Shown: in pieces, positions 37,794-48,000 of the stretch | Numbering within the stretch: the first letter of the stretch is position 1 | Layout of the letters: the number at the start of each line of letters is the position of its first letter | IMG/VR virus record: IMGVR_UViG_2899584989_000006 | Span: 359 to 64,358 of that record | Source: a virus | DNA: 64,000 nt | Reading direction: 5' to 3' (one strand) | Notes under the pieces: model-generated | What the model was told of the DNA's origin: nothing | Seen by the model: only the letters and a program-made list of their open reading frames with translations | The model's database searches: none | Position numbers and translations under genes: made by a program

Positions 37794-39867
37794 GTCTATA
37801 TTGGCCGAGAATAACAAGAGGCTGAAAAATATATTCGGCACGCACGACCAATTCACGGGGCGTGGAATGGAGGGGCATAGCCATAGGGTTGTCATAGATG
37901 ATTACCCCATAAGGGTGCAGTGGCTTACCGAGGAGGTTTTCAAGAACGATCTGTATCAAGATGTTCTGAAAGCTGGTTCCATAAAGGACTACACGATAAG
38001 GTTCAACGAGCTGTACCCGGATTCAGATGGGATAAATGAGGAGGACGTGGCCAACATGCTATTTTGGGCTCGTTGCTCGAGAGACCCGTCCTTCGCCTTT
38101 TTCTCGTTATTTAAGATCAAGTCGAAAGAGGCGGGAGAAATGATCCCCTTCGAGCTTAATTACGCCCAACGTTACGTGCTATCCGTTCTGGAGGAAATGA
38201 GGCATAAGGGAGTCCCGATCCGTATAATATTATTGAAAGCCCGGCAATGGGGAGGTTCCACCTTGGTACAGCTTTATATGGCGTGGATACAGCTATTCGT
38301 CATGGAAGGATGGTATTCCGTAATTATAGCCCAGACGAAAGATACCGCCAAACGTATCAAGGCCATGTATAAAAAGGTTCTCGATAACATCCCGGGATTT
38401 ATATATGGTGTTGACAAGCTACAATTCGCCCCTTACGAGCATTCGGCGTCCGACTCCATAATCACCGACCCGTCCGGGAACAAGGTACGTGATAACGTGA
38501 TAACCGTGGCATCTTATGAGAATTTCGAGTCAACACGTGGTATGGACTATGCCATGGCCCACTTCTCGGAGGTAGCCTACTGGAAAACAACGGATGGCAA
38601 ATCGGCGGAGCAGGTTATAACAAACATAGACTCGAATATATTGGAGAGACCGTTGACCATGGAGATCTCCGAGTCTACGGCTAATGGCATGGCCGGTTAT
38701 TTCTATGATGAGTACCAAATGGCCAAGGAGGGCACGTCATCCCGTAAGGCACTATTCATACCGTTCTTCTTTATCGAGAACGACATGATAAGATTCAAGG
38801 ACAAGAAAGAGACCCGGCTTTTCATACTGGATCTATTAGAGGGAAGGGATGTCACGACCTCCCCTAATGACAATAGCGAGCCGGGACAGTATCTATGGTC
38901 TCTATGGGAAAAAGGAGCTACGCTGGAGCACATCAAATGGTATATCAAGAAAAGGGCCTCGTTCCATGATCACGCCTCGATGGCATCCGAGGCACCATCC
39001 GACGATGTCGAGTGCTTTAAGTATTCCGGTAATCTCGTGTTCAATATCTATACGATCGAGGTGATGCGGGAAAGATACGTATCACCACCGGAGTTCATTG
39101 GCGACATATCCCAATCTGAGAAGACCAAGAGGATAATTCTCACCAAGAATCCGAACGGCCTGTTGAGAATCTGGAAGAGGCCCGATGATACAAGGACATC
39201 CAACGAGTATCTTGTCATCGTCGATGTCGGTGGACGTAGCAAGAACTCAGACCCCTCATGTATAACAGTGATAAACAGATGGAATTTACGATTTAGCGGA
39301 GGAAAGCCGGAGGTGGTAGCTAGATGGCACGGTCATATACGATACGATTGGCTCGCCTACAAAGCCGTCAAGATCGCCAGATACTACAAGAACGCCCTTC
39401 TCGCCTTCGAGAGCAATACGTTTGATAAGAAAAAATCAGAGGCGTCAGAGTTCGTGGAGGAAGGCGATCATATTCGTGGCATACTGAAAAAGATAGAGGA
39501 TATCTACCCTAATCTTTACATGCGAGCGGCGACGGATCCCGAGGACATAAGGAACGGCATATACAAGAAGATAGGCTTCCAGACCAACAAGAAGACCAAG
39601 CAGGACATGGTGGATAATTTCATAGTGGCGTTCGAGGACGATATGTTTATAGACCCGGATGAGCGTATGTACAAGGAAGCGTCAAAATACGAGCAACGTC
39701 CGGACGGTAGTTACGGTAATATTCCCGGTCGTGGCAATCACGACGATATATTGATGACAGACATGATAGGAGCGCTCATATCAGAGGATATGCCTAAGCC
39801 TTCTATAATCAAAGAAGAATCAACGGGATATCTTGATTCATATCCCAAAAATGAGTCGAGTTTATAG
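37753..39867 (+). CDS. terL: Terminase large subunit
   Basis: IILLKARQWGGST, HFSEVAYW, ESTANG, VDVGG, ESN, HDD motifs. Confidence 0.92.
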   Translation: MESYRKLAFTEEVESILAENNKRLKNIFGTHDQFTGRGMEGHSHRVVIDDYPIRVQWLTEEVFKNDLYQDVLKAGSIKDYTIRFNELYPDSDGINEEDVANMLFWARCSRDPSFAFFSLFKIKSKEAGEMIPFELNYAQRYVLSVLEEMRHKGVPIRIILLKARQWGGSTLVQLYMAWIQLFVMEGWYSVIIAQTKDTAKRIKAMYKKVLDNIPGFIYGVDKLQFAPYEHSASDSIITDPSGNKVRDNVITVASYENFESTRGMDYAMAHFSEVAYWKTTDGKSAEQVITNIDSNILERPLTMEISESTANGMAGYFYDEYQMAKEGTSSRKALFIPFFFIENDMIRFKDKKETRLFILDLLEGRDVTTSPNDNSEPGQYLWSLWEKGATLEHIKWYIKKRASFHDHASMASEAPSDDVECFKYSGNLVFNIYTIEVMRERYVSPPEFIGDISQSEKTKRIILTKNPNGLLRIWKRPDDTRTSNEYLVIVDVGGRSKNSDPSCITVINRWNLRFSGGKPEVVARWHGHIRYDWLAYKAVKIARYYKNALLAFESNTFDKKKSEASEFVEEGDHIRGILKKIEDIYPNLYMRAATDPEDIRNGIYKKIGFQTNKKTKQDMVDNFIVAFEDDMFIDPDERMYKEASKYEQRPDGSYGNIPGRGNHDDILMTDMIGALISEDMPKPSIIKEESTGYLDSYPKNESSL

Positions 39868-39998
39868 CGTGCGCATGAACGTTTCCCCTGTAAAAATCAA
39901 TATTAGATAAATAAAATACGACTTATTTTTTACTAATATAAAATAAATAGAGTATATTCGCGTAGTCACTGATTAGAATGTAAGACGTGACACACATT

Positions 39999-40195
39999 GT
40001 GGCGTTAAAGATATCGTCTCCTATAAAGACCTAAATTCCCCAAATTTATAAACATAACAGGGAGCCGATAGCAACAATACGCCCACGTTATTTGTATATA
40101 TAATCTATATATAAGACGTGGGCCGTTGCTTACTACCTGTTATGTTGGCGTGGGGACGCCGGGTCTTGGTAGTTGCGACGGCGCCACGTTTTTTT
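39999..40195 (+). ncRNA. ~190-nt rod-like structured RNA
   Basis: Nested complementary blocks GTGGCG/CGCCAC, AAGACC/GGTCTT, CCCCA/TGGGG, AACATAACAGG/CCTGTTATGTT, AGCAAC/GTTGCT, GCCCACGT/ACGTGGGC, then T7. Confidence 0.65.
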
Positions 40196-40658
40196 ATGCG
40201 TATATGGTATGTTATATATTTATAACCCCTTATGGCTCTCATCCGTGATGGACCGGAGTCATTACTTAAAGATATTACACTAGGTTGTATTCATAAAATA
40301 ATTTTATCAATGTCATACCGCTCTTTCGTGAGAACCAGAGGTATATTTATGTCAAGGGGATAGCTTTGGAGGATGGGGGCACACTCCTTTCCTTATGGCA
40401 TAAAATATAGTTTGAATAAATATTTCCCGCTTCCCTTGGGTGGTATTGGGAAGCATTTTAAGACGGATATACCCACCGTTGCTATTCCGGGAGGATCGGC
40501 AATGATGATTAAGTATGTCTTTGTTTAGATATGGATTTAGATATTACAAACGCTCTCGTTCGTGAGAATCGGATCGTTTAAGGTTGGCTGAAAACCATTC
40601 ATATAGATTATAGTTAAATAATAAAAACTCCCTTGTCCGTGAGGATTTGGGGAGTTTT
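40196..40658 (+). ncRNA. Array of ~7 hairpins separated by AT-rich unique segments (candidate poly-sRNA)
   Basis: Five hairpins share TYC-(GTGA/GGGA/GTGAT)-GRA + internal loop + lower stem (40232, 40315, 40478, 40548, 40624); two others at 40354 and 40429; no ORF. Confidence 0.65.
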
Positions 40659-40734
40659 CTATTTTAGATACCTCAAAACGATCAATAGCTTCATCCCATA
40701 GGAAATATACTTCGTTAGCAGAGCAAGTACGGTT

Positions 40735-41133
40735 CTAAAACAAATTAACTTTATTACCTATCCAAGGGAAAAAGAACGTATAAACCGAAGCGAACAAGAG
40801 TAATAAACAAGGTGTATGAAATTCCGTTGATAATTGAATGCAGAACAACCATAGCGATATGAATGCCAATGTTGAATATAATGAAAGCCGGAAAGCGCTA
40901 TCTCCTCTTTTCTTAGAAAATTCATATACAGTTCCTATATAGTACAAAAAGAACGGTATAATGACCCAAAGCCATGTAGATACGCTAAGAACTTCCATAT
41001 AAGTATCAAAAGCTTTTACATACACATGATTCTCATCGCTAAATTCGGATGGAGATGGAATATAAAAAAACGCTATCACTGAAAGCAAAGCGGGAACAAA
41101 AAAAGGAATATATTTCTTCTTTATATTTGGCAT
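40735..41133 (-). CDS. Four-TM membrane protein (moron)
   Basis: 132 aa, hydrophobic, AT-rich. Confidence 0.7.
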   Translation of the reverse strand: MPNIKKKYIPFFVPALLSVIAFFYIPSPSEFSDENHVYVKAFDTYMEVLSVSTWLWVIIPFFLYYIGTVYEFSKKRGDSAFRLSLYSTLAFISLWLFCIQLSTEFHTPCLLLLFASVYTFFFPWIGNKVNLF

Positions 41134-41145
41134 AGTCTTAAAATT

Positions 41146-41904
41146 TTATCCTAAAAGATCCTTCTTGTTCCAATTCCAAGCACAACTACACTCATTGTTA
41201 TCATAAAGATAAGGCTTCCCGGTTTTATCATTAAACTTTATCTTTATACTTACCGTGTTTTCATTCTTCTTTATACATCCTTCATAAGCCGCCTGATCTA
41301 TTTGCTGTGGAGTGAAAGAGAAGAACATATTACGGGAAATCCCATGATCATCATACCTTGCTACAATAATATATCTTATTTGTGCGGACATAAATTGGTT
41401 GAACCTATCTGTTTTTATCTGCGCATAAACACGCCCATCCTTTATGGTCGTAGTCTTTACCTGTACATAATAATAGATATTATCCTTTACCGCTATTATA
41501 TCTACGCCCTCATCGACCATCATCCTATTTGCATTGTAACCGGAAAACAACAGCTCTGATATCACGGCGCATTCTCCGGCGGTGCCTGTATACTCCACGC
41601 TGGGCAATAGATCCACTATAGGTTTAGGATCTGATCTTTTTTTTCTCTTACTATATTTACCGTTAGAATATTTGAGCTCGGATTCGTCCCCTCTTCTCTT
41701 ATCTATGGATATAAGTTCAACCACTTTATTTTCTATACGACTTCTCTCTTCAGAGTCAACTATTAATTCATCAGGATGAATTAATGAAACTATTATGTCT
41801 TTTATTTCTTTCATCCGCTTCGAGTCTGAATAATTTTTAAATACAGACAATATCAGCTCTATAGTCACATCTTGCTCAATAGGCATATCAATATTTTCTT
41901 CCAT
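41146..41904 (-). CDS. PD-(D/E)XK endonuclease with N-terminal helical/wHTH domain (moron)
   Basis: GTAGECAVISEL...VDEGVDIIA...VQVKT; own TACTTTTG promoter at 41934-41927. Confidence 0.75.
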   Translation of the reverse strand: MEENIDMPIEQDVTIELILSVFKNYSDSKRMKEIKDIIVSLIHPDELIVDSEERSRIENKVVELISIDKRRGDESELKYSNGKYSKRKKRSDPKPIVDLLPSVEYTGTAGECAVISELLFSGYNANRMMVDEGVDIIAVKDNIYYYVQVKTTTIKDGRVYAQIKTDRFNQFMSAQIRYIIVARYDDHGISRNMFFSFTPQQIDQAAYEGCIKKNENTVSIKIKFNDKTGKPYLYDNNECSCAWNWNKKDLLG

Positions 41905-41985
41905 GGTAAAATAGATTTAGGTTTCACAAAAGTACTTCATTATTTTACATGAAGTATATTATACAATCTGTTTGATAACATATAG

Positions 41986-42009
41986 CGGGTGACACCAACG
42001 TCACCCGCC
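41986..42009 (-). terminator. Hairpin after the giant gene
   Basis: GCGGGTGAC-ACCAAC-GTCACCCGC. Confidence 0.6.
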
Positions 42010-42016
42010 ACTTCTC

Positions 42017-45000
42017 CTATTTACCATTAGCTATCTCATTCATCATAGCTTTCAAATCGTATAACTCCATTTCCAATCTTTCATCATCTACCTTCTTCAA
42101 ATACTCACCCATTGATTGATACAATTTGTTAAGATTATTAAACTCTACATATCCACGATATTCATCGCTCATCATAAGATTATTCAATTTTTTCTGATAC
42201 TCTGCTATATCAAAACTATCGTTCTGTGGATTAGACAATTCTTTACGATATCCTCTCAATTTTTGTCCGATCTTATCCATTTCTTCCAAATTCTCATAAT
42301 AAGCGTTATCTATGGCTTTCTTTTTAGTCCGCTCATCACCACTTTTTATAAGACGGTTCCCGACAGGGATATTCCTCCAGTCAAAATCACGACTACCCCA
42401 AGCGGTTTCAGCGGATTTGACCATCTGGGAACGTGTAGCCTCAATACCTCCGAAATAGCCGTCCAATATATGTTCTATAATGGCTGGGTTTAGGTTAACG
42501 GTACCCGTAGTGTATTTATCTCCTCCGGTCAGTTCATTGGCATATTTAGTCATTGCCAATATAGCGGGATCCACGCTCTTAAAAGCCTTTGTCCATTCCG
42601 GCATACCCTTGTTGAAGTCGTTATCCTTATATAAAGGCAAACCTGTCCAATCCTTGTTATCTCCGGCCTCAATCAATGGCTTTACCGAGCTTGGGACGAA
42701 AGCGGAGAATCCTCCACCTCCCTCCATCATGTTCAAAGGGAGAACCTGTGACATTTGCTCCGCTATCTTCATGGCCATCTTTTTATCGGTATACTTCTCC
42801 TTTCCGGAAACTATTCCAGAAGACATTTCTCCTAGTCCATATATAGCCCTTAACTCTATGGGCATAGGAATTGTAATCCAATTTCCTCCACCGTTACGGA
42901 AACAGATATTATTACGTCTCACGTATTCCGGAAGATCGTAGTAATCATCATCTTCATCATCCCCAAAAGCGGCAGCGATCATAGGCATGATAGTGCCAAG
43001 TAAATAGAAAGAGGACGCTAACCCCAAGAATTTCTTGGGATTATCCTTGGCCAGCCTTCCGAAATTATACATACCTTGTACACCAGCGTTCCAAAACACA
43101 TACATGGATCTTGACAATCCGGACGTGAAAGCGCTAGCGTTACCTATCTTGGTCTGCCCCTCAGTATTCAAGAATTTTGAACCCGCCCCTTTCTTATTGA
43201 AGTTTACGGATATCTCCTTAGCGTCATAAATAGATTTATCCATGCTCCGCCCTATTTCCCTAGAAGTAAGGAACGCGGTGAACCTAGCGCAATTCTCTAC
43301 GCTCTTATTGAACAAGTCCATCCATTCACCTAGTATTTTCAAAGCCTTTCCGATAGATACCTTTTGCTTGGAGTATTGAAGCTCTTTTTGGATCGCCTTC
43401 TTCTTGGCTTCCACGTCTCTCAAATTGGTGTATCCAGTCTCTCCTCCTCTCATCACAAAATCATGATATGCCTTATTCAAGGGATCGCTCATATCCAACG
43501 TACCGTTCTCATACCCCTTGACCAGACGATACATATTGATCGGGGTTACCTTAGCGAAATTCTTATTGAACTTCCAAGCGTAAACAGGACTTTCCTTGAC
43601 CCATACGGTAGTATTCGAATAAAGCGCGTCACGTAGGAAGTTACTTACCATGAAATTCGGGTTACGTGTCGTGAAGTTAGCGGCCAAGTTACGGTTCAGC
43701 CATCCGGCGTATCTCTCCACGGTACCGAACCATCCTTTCGTATTATCCGGGTTTGTAAGCCCGTTCAACGCTTGAGCGGCCCTTGGGTTCCCGTTTATGG
43801 TAAGCACGTATTCTTTGCCGGCTCTCTTTACGATCACTTGATGCTCCTTCAAGTCCTTTGGCAATATCTTGTAAGGTATCCCTATAGCATCCCTTGAACG
43901 CCTAACATTAGATCCTTTTTCATTGGATAGCTCCTCCATGCGTTTGTTGAAAGATTCCACGATAGACTCCACCTGTTCCGGATTGGCGTTAGATGGTATA
44001 TCCGGGAAAACGGCGATCCACTCACCGGAAGCCTCGTCAAGACGAACCCACATTTCGCTTACGCTCACGAGATCCGTCTTATGGTTTTGTACCATTGTCA
44101 AAAACTTTTGCTTCATCAAGTTCCTATTCCCTTGCATGATTCCGCTCTCTGCCATATTAGCGATCGTCGCTATAGGATCGTCAGCCTTGCTCTTTCGCCC
44201 AACGACAGTCTTTATAGGGGCGTTGAACGTCTGGCTTTCGGATGTAAGATAAGCGTAAACCTCATCTGCCGTAGTCTCCTCCCATCCACGCAAAGGCACA
44301 TAGAACTGATACATATCGCTGATCGAATCAAACGTATTTTGGCTCATAAGCCCGCTATCCCGTTGCTTTGCCAATATAGCGTCAGTGGCTCTTTTGACAG
44401 AGGCCGATAATTCCGATGTATCATATCTTGACTCGTAATCCAATACGTATCTCCTTGCGGAATCCGGATCATACCCCGTGTTATCCTCGTTAGGATACAT
44501 GGACGTGAATCCGCTGAAATCATCAGAAAGATTAGCTCCGTATTCCTCGGCAAGCCTATCCATTTCTGATTGCTGCTCTTCCCAAGACCTACCGTTCTCA
44601 CGTATCTCATTCCTTCTCCCGATATACTCGTCAAGCAGGGATTTATATGTTTCCGAGTTTTGTGACAACGCTCGTTTAACGGCCATTTCCCTGTTACGCT
44701 CAATACCATGCTTGGTTATAAGGTAATCCCTTATCTCATCAATGGTGGATCCCATCTTTTCCAATCGTGACATCGCTTTTAAGATAGGCTCGAAAGCCGC
44801 TTTTCTATAAGCGTTGAACTCCGCTTCATTAACAGAGGAAAGGGCATTCTCGGCCATATAAGCGTTCTCATAATCCAATATACGACTCCTCGTTGCCTTT
44901 GCCACGGCATCCTGCAATGTTTTAAGCCCTAGCATAGAATCCTGAAACGCCTCCTGAAATTGATAGGATGATGTAGATAGGGTACGCTCATATTGATCTT

Positions 45001-48000
45001 TGGCGGAACCTACCTGTTTCTCTACTACTTGGATATCATTATCAGCGAACAATACCGACTCATTCCGCGCGTTCTCCCTAAAACGGATTGTTTTCTCTGC
45101 GAAAGCGAAATCATCCGTCTTTTCCCTTACGCTTTTTCCAACGCCTCTACCCTTGTTTTCAGATCCTGCACGTCCGATGACAGTCCGATCACCGCCGATT
45201 CCATCCCGGACACTTCCGTTCCTATCGCCCGTATCTCCTCCGCCAAGTTGGTCTCCATCGTTGTCAACTTGGCCGTCAGTCTTTTTTCCATTTCGGTCAG
45301 TTGCGTTTTCAGTTCCGTCAATAGCGTTTTCAACTCCCCTTGGTTTGTCGATATGGTCTCGTTCACTTTCGTTTCCGTTCTCATCAACGCCATCGATTGT
45401 CTCGAGTTCCCTTCCAGTACCTTTTGTTTCAGAAGGTTGTTTTCCTTTTTCAGGTTCAATATCTCTTGCGATTGATCCATTTTCGTTCAAATTTATATTG
45501 TTAAGACTTAATCTATTTCTCATCACGATATCCTCGGCCACATCCATCAAGTTTCCTTGCTCCAAGTTCTTATAGCTTCTCCAGAGAATATAACGGAGGT
45601 CATTATCCGATAACTTGAAATCAAGGCTAATACCGGCCTTTCTCAACATATCAAGAAAAGCGTCCTTGATCTTTTCCCATAACGAACGCTCGGCCTTGTT
45701 ATCGAAACCACGTTCCGCTAATTCAGCGATGTATTCCTCTGTAGCCTCACGCAAGTTAAGAGGATTGCCTTTAGTCCGGTCAATGATATTTTTCCGGATA
45801 TCCTCGTTGGCGTTCCGATACACGTTATCAAGGAAAGTATCGAAATCATCCCCGAATAGCTCACGTAACCCATGATGCCCTACCACCTCATGGAGGAAAG
45901 TCCTTTGAGCGTCACCTACGGACGTGGAATTAGGTGATACTATGACTATCTCCCCGGTAGAAGTATCATACCAGCCTTTGGAATCTCTCTTACGGGCCAA
46001 CATATTCTCATCCGTATCGGTTATATCGTCCACGTCATGGATTACCCTGACAGGGGTATTAAGCTTGTTTGACCAATCGTTGATTGAGGATTCAATAGAA
46101 CTTACATTGTCCTGATTATTAGTTGTATCTACTCCCATGAATCGAAATCGAGTCTCTCCTTCCTCTTTTACCAACGTACCATCAACGTCAAGAGTTGATT
46201 CTAACTGAATATCCTCAGCTTTAGCTTTTTCAACTAATTGTCTCTGCAGATCATTAACCTCTGCCTGAGCCGCATTAAGTTCATCCTCTTTTCCCCACGG
46301 TTTCTTAACGGCTTCCTCTAATCCCGCTATCTTGTTTTCCTCTGCCTTTATTTTAGTGGCTATATCTGAGACGGATTTAGCGGGAATCCCCAACTGCCTG
46401 TCAATGCTAGCCATCAAACCCCTGCCGCCGCTAAAATCACGATTCTCAACCAGTTTTTCCTTTCCTAAATATAAACTATAGACCATCATTCCTTCATTGA
46501 AATGCACGATAGCCTCGCCTTTTCCTCCATTGAGACTGATTTTCAGAGGAGGGGTGTTTCTGTCAAGCGTATATCTATCATAGTAATCATCAATAATGGG
46601 CGTAAGCTCATTCGATATACCATCGCTGAAAGTATTGCCTTTAACAGTCACGGACTCAACCCCATCAGGGAAGTTCTCTTTTACGATATTGGCGTTCCTT
46701 TCCATGATATCCTTCCGGCTGTTGTATTCTTGTATCCTAAGTTTGGAGTTAGATATAGAGTCACGCATGGAAGACTTACTGTTAAGATCGCTCCTCTTGG
46801 AGTTTTGCAATTTCTTTAACTTGTTCTGTGCCACAAACAGCAGTTGGGCGGTCTTATCTCCGGATAACGTCGCCGCCATCTCACTAAATGTCATTCCAGA
46901 CGGATCACTATCGTCTTGCTCCTCCATGACACGAGACGATATATCGCCCTTCATCATCTGGTTGATGAAGTTTTGTTTTATACGAAGCCTGTCATAGGCG
47001 GTAGCGTCAAGGGTACCTTTAACGCCATATGTGACGATGTTCACCGGTTTATCCCATGTGGCGTATAAGTTTCCTTGTCGTAAGATACGACCGTTGCGTT
47101 GCTCAAAATCCATAGGCCTGATTGGAGCGTCAATATGATGCAGGGCGAATAGACGATCTTGCACGTTGACACCCACTCCCATTTTCTCCGTGCTTCCAAT
47201 AAGAATGCGCACATCCCCATTACGGACCTTATCGAACAAGGCGTTTCTCCTTTCTCCCTCATAATTGCCAACGATAGCTATCTGATTAGACGGAATACCT
47301 CCCTTGATAAGCTTTTCCTTTATATCATTGTACAAATTAAACTGAGGAACAGATAAATCGACATCGAATAAATCCATTTTTGGAGTCTCAGAAGGGGATT
47401 GATAACTATCGCAAAATATAAGTTGCGTGCCTTTATCCTTATCGCTCTCCTTGTATAATCTCAATACGTTATCGACCACCTTGTTTGTCTTGCTATCAGG
47501 GTTGTCGGGAAATGTCGGATTAAGCAAACGAAGGTCAATCGCCGCCTGCTTAGCCTTGCTGAACACGACCAAGGGTAGCGCACTCTTATCCTTCTTCTCT
47601 TTTCCTGTCAATTTGTTATAATCCTCTAATTCCTTGATAAGGGTTTGCATGACATCCTCCAAGTCCTCGTTCTTCTCGACAATGACATTCGTCATCTTAT
47701 CGTCTTTCAACTTAGGGATATTCTTGTCTTCCTTGAACTCCTTGACATCCTCGGTCAAGACAACGTCCGTATGGCTCCTGAACGCTTTTATAAGCTCCGG
47801 GACATTCGTATAGCTCTTGAACCTCTCGGCTATCTTAAAGTTACCGGTAGCGGTAAACTCCAATGACGGCTCAACCGTTCCAAAAGTGGTAGCGAACTCG
47901 TCAAAGCTATTGATATTATATGCGTCTAGGATATCGGGTGCCACGAAATTCATCATAGTCCAGACCTCTGCCATTGTATTAGTGATAGGGGTACCGGTTG

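Noticed and set aside
40196..40658. CRISPR array
   Set aside because: Repeats are not sequence-identical, spacing is irregular and there is no cas operon; only the structure is conserved
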